From: Eledone cirrhosa
Lineage: Eukaryota
Direction: 5' to 3'
Length of the DNA: 64,000 bases
NCBI GenBank assembly: GCA_964016885.1
Contig: OZ024743.1
Span: 187,240,001 to 187,304,000, forward strand
Shown: in pieces, positions 1-13,954 of the stretch
Position numbering within the stretch: position 1 is the stretch's first letter
How the letters are laid out: every line of letters begins with the position of its first letter
Made by a program: the position numbers and the translations under genes
The notes under the pieces: generated by a model
Seen by the model: only the letters and a program-made list of their open reading frames with translations
Database searches by the model: none
Told to the model about the DNA's origin: nothing

Positions 1-189
1 GCTACACTGCCTCAAGGGAAAAGGACAAGCTTTTCTCACAGAAGTAATATGTATATAAAGCAGTATCTGTATAAATATATATCATCGTTGTTCATAATCA
101 TCCCTATTCTATATTTACCTAGCCATGCTGACATGGATTTAATGGGTTTTCTGTGACTTAGTATTATGAGTTTGTTTTATGAATCCTGC

Positions 190-447
190 GATGCATTGTG
201 TACTTGAGCAAGACACCTTATATCATGTTACTCCAATTTAATCAGCTGTAAAAATGAGTTGTGATGTCACTGGTGCTAAGCTGTATTGGCCATTACCTTT
301 CCCTTGGAGAACATCAGTGGCATGGAGAGGGGAGACTGGTATGCATGGGCAACTGCTGGTCTTCCACAAACAAACTAAGCCCAGGCTTGGGCTTTGGAGG
401 GAAGCTTTCTAGGTGCAAAATCATGGTCATTAGTGACCGATGAGGGC
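190..447 (+). mobile_element. Decayed CORE-type SINE (central domain plus tail)
   Basis: 'tgtgtacttgagcaagacaccttatatcatgttactccaatttaatcagctgtaaaaatgag' matches the CORE-like segment shared with the SINEs at 14560, 26780, 28442, 32898 and 47838, and resembles the MIR CORE. Confidence 0.55.
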
Positions 448-1958
448 CTAGAAGTATTATGAGCACTATATTTTCTTTCAGTAGTGTTGTCATTCTCACT
501 TAATTCTTCCACACTCCTATAATCCATCCTGTTTTTCATAAACACGATTTACTAGCTCTTGTCTTGTATTCCTTTGTGTCTGATTCTTGCTTGACAAATC
601 TTAAACTTCTGTTGCAGTTCATTTCATTGAGTTATTGAATGAGCAAAGAAATTACAAAGGACTTCAATTATAACACCATAAAGCTAACTTTTGCTTCTTG
701 ATTTACAGCAAGAAGACATGCTAAACTTGGACTATTGTTGTCACAATTTATAAACACTGCTTTTGATTTTTTTTGTGTGGGAGACCATATGTATGCTGAC
801 TCATGTCCCCAGCAGACAGAATAGAGAAAACATTGCCCCAGAGGATGGCAAGGGGATATGATGGAACAACCAATCCAACTCATGGGGCTTGTTCTCATGG
901 GTAACCAGCTCTGCCCCAATAGAAAAAGTAATGGGTAGGGATGTGGTCTGGGAGCCAAGAACATGGGAAATCTCCACTGGTACAGGTTTGACCTCAAACC
1001 TATTGGAGAGTGACCAATATTTTGATAGTTTGCCTTCTTGGCTTGATGTGTAGCAATACCTGTGTTAGTTGCTGAATGGTGAATTCTTGAGAATCATTGG
1101 TTATTAACTGATTAAGTGAATTGTTTTATAACCAGATCACCTAAATATTTTAACCAATTAATAGTTAACTTGGTGAAGGGATAAGAGAACAAAATAGTTA
1201 ATTTTTTCATCAAATGAAATCTGAATATGCTGTACTTTGATTGATAATTTCTTGCTTGTTTTAGAGTTTTTTCAATCTTGATACTTTTGTTGCAATTTAA
1301 TTCTATTTTAGTCACTTTTAAAATGAAATCATGATTTATGTAGTAGTTTAATGTTCAAAACTCAGACGTTAAGGCAGGCGAGGTGATTAACTAATATTTT
1401 TCATCATAAGAAAATTGTGTCTTGTATTTTAAGTTGTTAAATCTGGCAAGGCATGTCACATAAATCTAACACTACTGCCTTTAATAAAAGACAATAATGC
1501 ACTATGATATTTGAAAAGGCTTTTTCTATCTGTAAACACACTAGCTAGTTTAACAATCCTACTCCTTGTACAGCAGTCTTCCAAGATTATCTTGAAAATC
1601 TTGAATGATTATTTATAATGTAATGATTGAAATTCCTTCATTATTAAATTAAGAATCAAATGTTAAAAACGGTTAACAACATTGCCACCAGGCTTGCTAA
1701 TCAAATGTTAAAACAAAATATAAAGAAGTTTTTTTATGTGCAATAACTGCATATTATTAAAAAAAAGTGAATAATGTTTCAGACAGAATAAACCTTGCAA
1801 AGGAAATTTTGTATTTTCTTTGCCATATAAAATTCCTACTATAATTGAAACTCATTTAAGCAGTTAATAAACATTATGAAAATTCTTATACAATTATTAA
1901 CGGTTACATATTTTCCAATTAGTTTTAAGGTCCCATAAACACACCCATATAAATAAAC

Positions 1959-1978
1959 ATATATATATAATATATATA

Positions 1979-2071
<93 letters not shown>
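1959..2071. repeat. (TA)n microsatellite
   Basis: Direct inspection. Confidence 0.95.
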
Positions 2072-2072
<1 letters not shown>

Positions 2073-2074
<2 letters not shown>

Positions 2075-2480
2075 AGTAATAGAGAAGACCCGCCTTACCT
2101 AAATACAAAGTAAAACCTACTACAGTCAGTAGGCATCTCTAACCCCCCCCCCCCCCCCCCATCCACACCGCCCCTTTCAATGTAAAGTTATGTTGGTGCC
2201 ACAACATCCAGGCCGAAACAAATGAGATCGTGTAGGTGTCACGACAAAAAAACACACAGTCCACGCTGTAATGTGGCCATGTAGGCAACACGGTAAAAAC
2301 CTCCCAGCCCCACACTGTAAATGTGGTTGGTGTTAGGAAGGGCATCCAGCTGTAGAAAACCCGCCAGACAGTCCTATGCGAGCAAGACAACCACTCTTGC
2401 CTCAAGTGGGAAAACCCCCGTCCAAACCCATGCAAGCGTGGAACACGGACGTTAAACGTTGATGATGATGATGATGATGA
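2073..2480 (+). mobile_element. 5'-truncated RTE LINE (last codons, 3' UTR, (GAT)n tail)
   Basis: Colinear with 52701-53113: 'cagtaata.agaagacccgcctt.cctaa...gacgttaaacg(gat)n'. Confidence 0.9.
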
Positions 2481-2502
2481 TATATATATATATATATATA
2501 TA

Positions 2503-2641
2503 TTTCACCGTATTTTTGACTAAAGGAATTTTAGCCTGATAATGGGGTTTAGAACCCTCAGATAAATGGATAAAGATGAGTATTGACGTCAATACTCATC
2601 TTTTTCGAATTAAAATTCCTTTAGTCAAAAATATGGTGAAA
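2503..2641. repeat. Small foldback: 31-bp terminal inverted repeats around a 32-bp perfect palindrome
   Basis: 2503-2533 vs 2611-2641 differ by 1 base; 2572-2603 aaagatgagtattgac|gtcaatactcatcttt is a perfect palindrome. Confidence 0.85.
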
Positions 2642-2688
2642 GTTATTCTATTTTCGAATTTCAAACCTGCTCAATGTTTCAAAACATA

Positions 2689-2726
<38 letters not shown>

Positions 2727-2905
2727 CATATATATACATATATATATTCACATACATACACACAGTAGTAGGAAGCACTTTAAAGCTATTTTCCGTGCTA
2801 AAGACTTGTGAGCCCCATGTCAAGCTTAATCCTAATCATCATGGGATCATTTTTAAGGCAATATTTTATAGCTTGATGTCATACCTGGTGTCATATATAC
2901 ATACA

Positions 2906-2952
<47 letters not shown>

Positions 2953-2995
<43 letters not shown>

Positions 2996-3137
2996 GTTTA
3001 ACGTCCATGTTCCACGCTTGCATGGGTTTGGACGGGAGTTTTCCCACTTGAGGCAAGAGTGGTTGTCTTGCTCGCATAGGACTGTCTGGCGGGTTTTCTA
3101 CAGCTGGATGCCCTTCCTAACACCAACCACATTTACA
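2953..3137 (-). mobile_element. RTE 3' tail fragment with (GAT)n tail
   Basis: Near-identical reverse complement of 2316-2480. Confidence 0.9.
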
Positions 3138-3639
3138 ATGAGGAAATAATAGTCAAAATATACCTATTTTTTTTCAAAGTCATGGCTGCAGTGTATATCT
3201 TTATTACATATATATTGTTATATCTGGGGAGGTTCAAACATTCTTTATTACGGTCACATTTGTAATACTAGAGTTTTACCTTATAATCACAGGATAAGTA
3301 GAGAAGTAGTTATGGTATTTTGGGGAGTATATATGTGCTGATACAAAATCACTAGGAAAGATAGTGATGAATGCAAATCTGTATACCATAACTAAAGTTC
3401 CTGAAGTTAGTAAATGCAACCAGCTGAACTTCAGAGTATCAGCTCACTACTAGAATGTCCCAAATTTCAAAATTAAAAGAAACATCTTTTCATGTCACTC
3501 ATACAATTTAATATATATTATAACATGTAAAATATGCCATAACACTACATTGGTCAAACCTTTGTTCTTATATTCATCTTCATAACTTTAACCTCTATAT
3601 AGTTCCTTCACCTAATCATCTTCTTCCTAAGTCAATTCA

Positions 3640-4060
3640 TACTCTCTGCTATTAACACCAGGTCATCTACATGCAGCATCTCTCATGATACACCCTCCTT
3701 TAAACTTCAGGCAAATATTTCCATTACAACTACAAATATCAGTTGGCTTAATAATGATTCCTGATGCATTTCTGCCTTCACATCAAACTTATCACTGTTC
3801 TTTTTCTTAATCCTTGTGGCTATATGCAGTTTTTCACACATTGTCATCACTACACTATCCAACTATTCCTCCACTCCTAACATTCTGAATATTCATGTTG
3901 CTACTTCATGTGGAACCATGTTGATAGCCTTCTCTTGATCAACAAACATCACAAACAGTTTTTCTCTCATCTTAATACTTCTCATGTAACTGCAGTATTA
4001 AAAAAAAAAAAAAATCCACCAGTTGTTCCTGTTCCAAGCACAAATCCAAATTGTATTTTA
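3640..4060 (-). mobile_element. Old RTE RT remnant
   Basis: Minus strand gives QFGFVLGTGTT..LQLHEKY, a degenerate form of QFGFVSGKSTTDALFIVQQLQEKY at 51410-51485. Confidence 0.45.
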
Positions 4061-5096
4061 ACTGTAGTGTTTAGGTAGAATGGAAATTATTGGATAGTTT
4101 TTTTGTTCTCTGATTTTGGGGTTCAAAGATCGGTTTGAAATCACCTCTGTAAGCTAATCACTCAATTGTTATGTAAATAGTGCTCCAGCTGTTTGTAGTG
4201 GTAAACTCTATTCATTTATGGTTAGACCGAGTGAGAATAAACAACACCTTGTTTTAAACATAGTATATCACAGCTAATAGAAAACAATTCTCTTCAACTA
4301 ACACAGTTTCTTTGTTAGTGACCTTAGCAACAGTGTTAAAGTTTAATGAGAAAATAATCTAATCCTTGGGTACATTTGTTACTATTTAATCTCATATAAT
4401 CCCTGATAGAGCAAACCTATCATCCTAGGAACTTAAAACATGACCATCCCATTCTTTTGTGTATCAGAGACTACTTTATACAATGTGTCCTTTAGATTTA
4501 TGTGACACTTGGCTTATTTCTAATAGGTCAAGCAACACTTAGAGTTGCTTTATCATCATCATCAGCAGCAGCAACAGTGGCAGTAGCAGCAGCAGTGGCA
4601 GCAACAGCAGCAGCAGTGGCAGCAGCAGGAGCAACATCATTTTATGCCTATTTTCCATGCTTACATAGGTTAGATACATTTGTCTCAATATGTGACTAGT
4701 TGGATCAGGTGATCATGTCTTGCTCATACACTCTGTTTATGGCTTATTTTTCTAGGGCGGCATGCCTTTTCTAATGACTATCACTTTACTGTGTGTACTG
4801 GGAGCATCTTTGGTGCTACTAGCACTATCCATGTACAGGCTGGATTCTAATCATGGATGTAATATTATTAGGTGAAACTACTTTAAAAATAATAAATATA
4901 TATTTTCTTGGTTTTTAGTACCCAAAATACTCTCTCATTACTTCTTTTATTGAAAGTTCCCATGAAGTTAGATGATTTAAAAAGATATATAACAGTAACT
5001 TCCTATGTGATATCAATGAGGAGGTCAATCCTAAATACTAAAGGCTGTAATTTGCTTTCCCCTATATGTCAATAATACAGCAAAGGCTTCACTGAC

Positions 5097-5325
5097 TGCC
5101 AGGCTGAAGAGGGCAAACTGATCAAGTATCAGCCACTCTCTGATAGGTTTGTGATAGAGACTTCTGGCATTTTTGGCCCCTGCACCCCATGCCTGCTCAC
5201 TGCTATTGGAGTGGAGTTGGCTGCTTGCAATTGCGAGCCACATAAGGTGGAGTGGCTGTTCTTGTGTGTCTCCCTCATCTCCTTTGGGGCAATGTATTCT
5301 CCAGCCTGTTGGCAGGGATCATGAG
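5097..5325 (+). mobile_element. CRE-clade retrotransposon 3' remnant (RLE C-terminus)
   Basis: Translates CQAEEGKLIKYQPLSDRFVIETSGIFGPCTPCLLTAIGVELAACNCEPHKVEWLF, homologous to RRAEGAKLLKYRSLSDRF...LTTIGAELASRKCEPRELEWLF at 60.9-61.1 kb. Confidence 0.8.
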
Positions 5326-6048
5326 GCAGAAAATAAGATAGTTGGTGGTAGAACATACTTATTCAGACGTCACACATATACACACACATACAGAAACCAG
5401 AATTTATGAAATATACAAGTTAACAACAATACATGTTTTAAAACCAGACCTTTCATCTCAACTACTGCTAATACTGATTCTACATTCACATCAGCCCTTT
5501 ATAGCAAGAGTTATTATCATTACAGGCTGCATAACAGGCATCAAATTCATCATTAGGTTCCTTTTTTACATAGTTTGCTATGTCCAGATTGGATGGTTGT
5601 ACCTATACATTCAAAGGGCCAGCCTTGTCACATATTGCGTCATGCTTATTCTACCTGAGAATTATGTTGTCTGGAATATTCAGTTATTTAATGAGTTAAG
5701 TTGATTAGACATCTGAATGTTCATCATCAAATCTGACAGTGGAGCCATCATTTTAAAATCTAATAAGGGTGGTGAATTGATAGGTTCATTGGAGCATCAC
5801 ACAAATATAATGCAGTATTTTTCCAGCTCTTTATGTTCTGAGTTGAAATCCCAACTTTGTCTTTCATCCTTACCGGGTTGAAAAAATAAAATACCTGTCA
5901 AGTACTGCAGTTGATTTAATCGACTTTCTTCTTTCCAAAATTGCTGGCTTGTGCTAAATATAGAAATCATTATTAAGACAAATGCTCTTCTATTTCTGCC
6001 ATCTGACTGCTTGTTTTTCATAATTAAAATGTTTCTTTATACAGAAAT

Positions 6049-6240
6049 CAATAATTGTTTCTACTTTAGGCACAAGGCCAGCAATTACCCAGTGCATTAC
6101 TGGTACTTTATTTTATCCACCCCATAAGGATGAAAGGCAAAGTCAACCTCGGTGGGATTTGAACTCAGATCATAAAGGGACGTAACTATGCTGGAAAGCA
6201 TGGCGTCCGACCCTCTACCGATACTGCCAATCCACCGCCC
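6049..6240 (-). mobile_element. tRNA-derived SINE family A, full length with target-site duplication
   Basis: A/B-box head (tggcagtatcggtagag...gagttcaaatcc), central gcctttcatcc..ggggt.gataaaataaagtaccag, end gtagaaacaattatt; direct repeat tttatacagaaatcaataattg at 6036-6057 and 6241-6262. Confidence 0.9.
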
Positions 6241-6310
6241 TTTATACAGAAATCAATAATTGATAGCAGAAGGGTGAGATTGCGTGATATTCATGCCTTT
6301 TTTGCAAGGT

Positions 6311-6350
<40 letters not shown>

Positions 6351-7935
6351 TTCTCCATAACTCACAGCCACCCTATTCTACTATTCCTCCCTCCCATAGC
6401 ATAGAAAGTTGAACCAATGACTAACCTCCCTTGGGCTGGTGCCATGATAAAATGCACCCAGTACACTCTGTAAAGGGTTTGTTGATAGGAATGGCATCCA
6501 GCCATAGAAAATATATCAAACATAGGATAGATGGAAATCTATACTTGTGTCAAGGACATGTCAAACTCACTAGTGCTCACAAATGTACCAAGTACACTCT
6601 GTAGAATGCAGGAACATATGTAAGAGAAATGAGGGAGTGGCCAGTCTGAGAGATCAGTGGTTTCAATTAAGTAGTGACTTGGTCTGTGGTGACCCATTCA
6701 GTCCTTGCTAGCGGGTAAAATAGACGTTAATGATAATGATGATATGTGTGTGATTGAGTCTATATGTGTGTTTGTGTGTATGTGTATTTGTGTGTATGTT
6801 TGTATGTGAGTGTGTATGTAATATATTTGTGTTTCCATTTGATTATAACAAGTTTACAATGGAAAAAAAATCATTAGCCATTGCTGAAACTCATTAGTTG
6901 TTAAATATATTGACGACCACACCTACTTATCTATCTACTTAATTAAATTTACAGAGATTCAATTCTGTTGCACTAGCAAGAGGCGGCTCTTGCATCGTGG
7001 ATCACTACCAATTAAGACAAAGTGTTCAACCTGAATTGGATTCATTGCACTATATAGTTAACAACTGATCAGCCTCTATAATTAATTTGTATCACAGATC
7101 CATTAAAATTGCATCATACAAAACAAAAATATTAAAAAAGGAAAATTAGAAAATAACAAGTAAAACAGGAAGAGAATAAGGTAAAGAAAAAATATATACA
7201 TTGGATCGATGGAATGCAATATTTCAATTCTGCACTGAAGGATGATCAGTAATTTCTAAGGTAGTTTTGAATTTCTGCTTGTTTATCATATACATAGAAA
7301 TAACATGTATTATGTTAATTCTGGTGCACAGACAATATCAGAATCAATAGAAAGTTAAATTGAAATTCCTTTCCTTTACTGTCAGTAAGCATTACATGCA
7401 TGTTTATATTTTAATTTGACTTCCATCGAGATACTAATTGATGAGAAGCCTTAATCATGAATTTACGATGCCTGAATCCATTCAGTTTAATTTGAAGTAT
7501 CTGTAGCAAAGGAAATCTTAATATAAAGAACTTTCCTGCCCTCATCGCTGTAATAAATTATAGTAGCTTGCATTAGTAATCAGTTTATTTAGCTGTTGTA
7601 TTTTTGAAAATTTATTTAGTTATATCGGTTTGTTTTCCTACAGAGAATGTTTAATATTTGTTGTTTATGCGGCATTTTTGTAATATGTACCATGCTGGCA
7701 TTGAATTATAAGAGAGTTTATATCCAAACAAGAATGTATAAAACTAAAAGACATAGAAGGAGAAAAGGAGATGTTAGAGTCATCAATTTAGAAAGCATGT
7801 CAGTATGTATCAGACTATACTCATATGTATGTAGTTATATGAGCATGATTATATGAGTGGTATAGCTATGTTGTATTTGCATATTTATGTATAAGTTTAA
7901 GATTTTGTGTTAAAATATGAAAGTATATAATTATA

Positions 7936-8118
7936 TAATTGTTTCTACTTTTGGCACAAGACCAGCAATTACTCAGTACATTACTGGTACTTTATTTTAT
8001 CGACCCCGTAAGGATGAAAGTAAAGTTAACCTCGGCAGGATTTGAACTCAGACTGTAAAGGGACGTAACTATACTGGAAAGCATGGCGTCTGACTCTCTA
8101 CCGGTACTGCCAATCCAC
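7936..8118 (-). mobile_element. SINE family A
   Basis: Colinear with 6049-6240 and 50644-50833. Confidence 0.85.
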
Positions 8119-8585
8119 TAGGAAAATATGAAATTGGAAGTGTAATCATCTCAAAGCAAATGACCATAATAATAGTTAAGAAAATCAGGTGAAGTACAGA
8201 GGCATCTCTTTTGACATCTATCTTTATTGGTACTTTACCTGATTTTCTCAAATATTATGAATATTGATTGACTATTATTATGGTCAGGGCCAGATTTATC
8301 AAGGGACAGTGGGAGTGAATACTCAGGGGTCCCCACATCAAACAGGGCCCCTTCTCTCTCTCTGAGCAGGGCCCCTTCTTCAAGCAGGGTCGCCACTTCA
8401 AACATAGCTCATACACCTTTTAACAATGGAGTCCTGATCATAAACATAATTTTATCTTTAAAGAGTATGTTTTTAAAAATGTAATTAATATCGCTTTTGT
8501 GCCAATTTATCAAAATTTCTTTACTTTAGCAACACCTGTTGGTGAAAGTAAGGGGAGTTTCTGTATATGGTTTATATGTATAAAT

Positions 8586-9195
8586 CATCATCATCATCAC
8601 CGTTTTACGTCCGTTCTTCCATGCTAGCATGGGTTAGACGGGTTGTTCTGTTGTGGGCAGTGTCTGGTCAGCTGACCTTGTCTTGCTCATACAGGAACTG
8701 ATTCTGGCTTGATTTCTACAGCTGGATGCCCTTCCTAACACCAACCTCATTTACAGTGAGTGTTGGGTGCTTTTTTTCCGTGACGCCTACACGTCTACTT
8801 TACAGTGTGGGCTGGGTGCTTTTTTGTCATGGCACCTCCACGACCACTTTGCAGTGGAAGGGTGTGAGAGTATATTGTCTATATGGCTCAGCTTCGGCTT
8901 GTACCCATGGGAGGTCGGGTACTCTGTATTACTGCATGACGCTAGAGGTGTAATTGGGTATGCTCAGCTTTTATCACCTCATCTTCTTGGGTCTCCCCAC
9001 TCCGCGGTTTCCATTGACTTCTACTGCTCTGCCCCTTTTTATGCAGCTGTCATCCTTCATACGCATCACATGTCCATACCAATGCAACCGCCTCTCCTGC
9101 TCACAACATTTGATTCCTCATATGCTCAGTCTCTCTCTCAATTCGTTTTGCCGTTCGCGTATTACACATCCATCGAAGCATGCAGGCTTCGTTTT
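8586..9195 (-). mobile_element. 5'-truncated RTE LINE (related subfamily)
   Basis: Minus strand encodes NELRERLSI*GIKCCEQERRLHWYGHVMRMKDDSCIK..GVGRP, followed by an RTE-type 3' UTR and (GAT)n tail. Confidence 0.8.
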
Positions 9196-10035
9196 TTTCT
9201 AATCTACGTAAGTCTTCCACCTTCAGCACCCATATATATATATATATATCTTTCTATATATATATGTATAAACATATGTCTCTATATATCTCTCTATATA
9301 GATGCATGTGTGTGTATATGTAAATATTCATAGCCCATAAACATATAGAAACACATGTATATATAAACACATGCATTTATAAACACACACATACATGTAC
9401 ATACACACATATATATATATGTGTGTGTATATAATATATGTGTTTATGACAGTGTATCTACATCTCTGAATATAAGGAAAGTAATGAAAAAGGAAAAATT
9501 TAAAAGCCTCATGGAGAGGAAAAAATGAATTAAAAAAGGAATCAAATTAAATAATACACTTAAAAAGAAAATTATATGCAGGGAAAGGAAGTAGCCTGTA
9601 GGTGAAAGATAAAGAGAATTTTATCTGTAAATTATAGATTTTTATTAGAGTGCAATAAATGAAAACAGTGAGACAGAAATTTATTGCTGATTACAACAAT
9701 CAAAAATGAAATTGCAATATTTAATTACAATAAAAAGGGGAAACCTCCTACTTCAAAAAACAAGTAAAAAACAAACAAACATACCTTAAAATGAATCAAT
9801 GCACACATGCGCGCACACACACACACATACATAATTATGTATTTATATGTGTAGGTGCACATGTGTATGCAGGTATTTATATATATGCTCACATTGTGTG
9901 CATGTGTTTATATATATATGTTCACATACACATATATATGTTCACACGTATACACACATATTTAGATATTTGTATGTGTACATGTATATATATATGATGC
10001 AACACTGATTCTTTGTTCCTTTATTCTTATACTAA

Positions 10036-10066
<31 letters not shown>

Positions 10067-12221
10067 TACTTGCATATACACACAAAGCCCAAAGATACAC
10101 ATATATATAAAAAAAAAAAAAGAAAAATGATGTTCAATGTTTTTTTTTTCTTTTAACTTTTTAATTGTTCAGTTTTATATGAAACATTGTCATGTCTGAG
10201 CAAGACAGCATTGATATATACACCAACAATGTAGTAAATTAACCCTACAGACAAAAGATACCACATTTCTTTTATCATATTACTATATTTTGAAGCTTAA
10301 AATGCTACCATCCACTGTCTAGTCCAGTCTCTTCCTATCCTCGTTCAATTGCACCAATGCTCATCTATATAATGCTGTATATCTGTGATTTTAATAGGAA
10401 AAAATGGACGTTGGTGTGTCCTGAATTCTTGCCTTACCATTGCTCAGAAACTGACTAACAAGCTTGTGCTCATCCAACATCCACACAAGGATGAAGCCGT
10501 TGGCCACTTGAAAGGCTGTCATCAAGCAGACAAAAGAGTCCCATCTACCTCAATTTTGAAATCTAAGTGATTCTTCTCTTAGACACACAACCAAGTAAGG
10601 CTAGCAAGCCCTGTATACCCATTTTTACTCACTACTGGGTTACTGTTGACTCATTTGAGTTCCTTCACCCTTTAATACATTTTGTTTTTCCTCCTGCTGG
10701 ATCTGCAAAATTCCTCCTCCCCAAGCAAGCTTTGTGGACTTGCTAGTTTAGATGCCAACAACTTGACTATGGGATAGATTGTACTGGATTATATGTCACC
10801 AATAGCACTTGAGAATGACTCAATATATTTAATAGTCTGGCTGTCAACAATTTGCCACCTAGAACATGCAGCAAAATGGCAGTCATTAGAGCATCATTGG
10901 TATTTGTTTTGGCTCTCTCCATTCTGAGTTCAAATCTCACCAAGGTCAATTTTTCTTTCATCCTTTCAGGATGAATAATCAAAGTGCCAGTCTATCATGT
11001 ATAGTTGGGGAACTTATCTTTTACTATTTCAGGCCTAAACCTCTTGCTATGGACTTTAATGTATGTGAGGAAAACAATGTTGTTCTAAATCATTACAAAC
11101 TGCTGTTTTGTTAAAAAATATTCCAATAAACTTAACATCATATTAACTTTTCTCACTTGTCATTAAAACTTTGCTAATTCATCAGTTGATATATGAAAAT
11201 TTGTAGACTAAATGACACCTGATGCATCTAGTTTCTCCTAAACTACATAATAGTGTCTGTAGACAAAGTAAACAGTTATCAATCAGCAATCAGGTTAAGT
11301 TTGTGTATGCTATATCTAAGTTTTCTTCTTTGCAAACATATAGCCTTCAGTTTCATTTTACTTGCATCTATCAGGTTAAGAATCAATTAAAATACAAGTA
11401 ATTTCAGATAAAGTAACTGTTTCTAAGGCAATATTTGTCATTTTTGTAATTGTATATATTTGTTTCTATTACTTTGGAATTGCAAAACACAACTTCTGTG
11501 GGTGATAGCTAACTACTAAAAAATAAAAGAATAAAAATATTTAAAAAAACTTGGGAAATCAGGACAGTATATCAAACAAGTCTCATTAACCCTATAAACA
11601 AATAACTTTCATAACTATTTTGTCTGCAAAGTTTTTAAAGTAAAATAGTAAACATGGATCTAGTTCCTTTTATAACCAATCATTCACGAAATTGTTTTGA
11701 AATTTGTGTAGTTTTGCATGGCATATGAAATAAAATTATCAGAGTAAGCATAAGTTTATTAATTGTACTTCTCATCTACATTTGCTACACATTATACTTA
11801 ACAGGGGGTTGTCTCACTCATTGCAGGCTAAATGGACCTCTCATTTTATTTACCTTTAGCATTGTAGTGCTTGTATAAATGGACAGGCCTTTTATACCAT
11901 GGTATATTGCCTACCAGCTCAGTCCTGGGCCTTTTCGTGTGTTCCTTGAGTTCACTTTGTCTCATGTATTCTTTGGTCTTCTTCTACCACAGGTTTTATC
12001 CACTTCAAGTGCCCAGCATCGTTTTTTACTCAACTCACACTCTCTTCAAACATCAAATGACTGTACCATCACAATTGTCTCTCTTGCACATGATATTCAA
12101 TTTCTCTTATATGCAATTTTGCTCTCAGTTCTCATTAAGCAAGATTAACATTACACATCCAGTGGAGCATGCATGCCTCATTTTGTTTCCAGTAGAGGTA
12201 AAAGCTCTCTGAACTTCTACT

Positions 12222-12675
<454 letters not shown>

Positions 12676-12695
12676 TATATATATATATATATATA

Positions 12696-13954
12696 CTTTA
12701 AGTCGTTTGGAAGCCTCAACAATGCAAATGGGTAAATCTCCGGGAAACAATATCCGGTGGTGGAGAGAGAGATGTAAGTGGGTGTACGTTGAGATGCGTG
12801 GTGTGTATCAGACGTGTAGAAGAATGAAGGAAAGAGTATAAAGGATAAAATTAAAATAACAACACGAGAGAGAGTTACCTTGGGAGAGATTTAATTGTCC
12901 CTATATATTTCGGATTCACATCCATCAACTGGGGTTTTTTCCGGGGTGGGGGAAAGGTTGTCTGTCGGAAAGGTGCGAAACGCGTCCTCCGCTGTTTGTT
13001 GTTTTGAATATCTGAGGTATTCAGCAGAGCGCGCGTGTGCGTGAATTGGGGTTGGTCGGGCAGAGGTCAGCGGCTGAATGAGGGAGTGGGGTGGCGCTAG
13101 CTGTCAGTCCATTCTCTGCCTGTTTGTTAAATGTTACTGTGTGTGTGTGTGCGTGTGTTGTTGCCTTGTTCCTCTGTATTGGCAGTGTAGTATGTTCGTA
13201 TGGTGGAATGCTACTGTGTGTGTGTGTAGTTGTCTTGTTTGTGTGTGTGCGTGTGTTGCTGAATCGTTTGTTAACTTAAACCAGCCATCTCATTTCGCTT
13301 CTCTCGGATCGATTGTTTATTTGCGGTTGCAGGCGTTTGATAAAAAGCGTTTCCTTGATACGTAACGTGCCGACGTTTCTTTCAGTCGCTAGAATTGTGA
13401 CAATGGGCCTTCCGTCTTTGTTTCCGCATTTGTCTAAGGCAACAACACACGCACACACACACAGTAACATTTAACAAACAGGCAGAGAATGGACTGACAG
13501 CTAGCGCCACCCCACTGCCTCATTCGGCCGCTGACCTCTGCCCGACCGACCCCATTTCACGCGCACGCGCGCTCTGCTGAATACCTCAGATATTCAAAAC
13601 AACAAACAGCGGAGGACGCGTTTCGCACCTTTCCGACAGACAACCTTTCCCCCACCCCGGAAAAAAACCCCAGTTGATGGATGTGAATCCGAAATATATA
13701 GGGACAAATAAATCTCTCCCAAGGTAACTCTCTCTCGTGTTGTTATTTTTATTTTATCCTTTATACTCTTTCCTTCATTCTTCTACACATCTTATACACA
13801 CCACGCATCTCAACGTACACCCACTTACATCTCTCTCTCCACCACCGGATCTTGTTACCCGGAGATTTACCTATTTGCATTGTCGAGGCTTCCAAACGAC
13901 TTAAAGATATTTACTTATTATTCCACAATGCTTCAAGCAAACTTCAATACTCTC
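12696..13954 (-). mobile_element. Penelope-like element: 3' end plus inverted pseudo-LTR (about 470-bp arms)
   Basis: 12696-13167 is a near-perfect inverted repeat of 13436-13906; the spacer encodes a PLE GIY-YIG C-terminus. Confidence 0.85.
13276..13435 (-). pseudogene. Penelope GIY-YIG endonuclease C-terminal fragment
   Basis: ILATERNVGTLRIKETLFIKRLQPQINNRSE fits the PLE terminal motif E-x2-h-I-x4-P-x-h-N. Confidence 0.75.

Noticed and set aside
8283-8400. hAT-like terminus cagggccagattta (similar cagtggcagactggg at 55227)
   Set aside because: No matching second terminus or target-site duplication found
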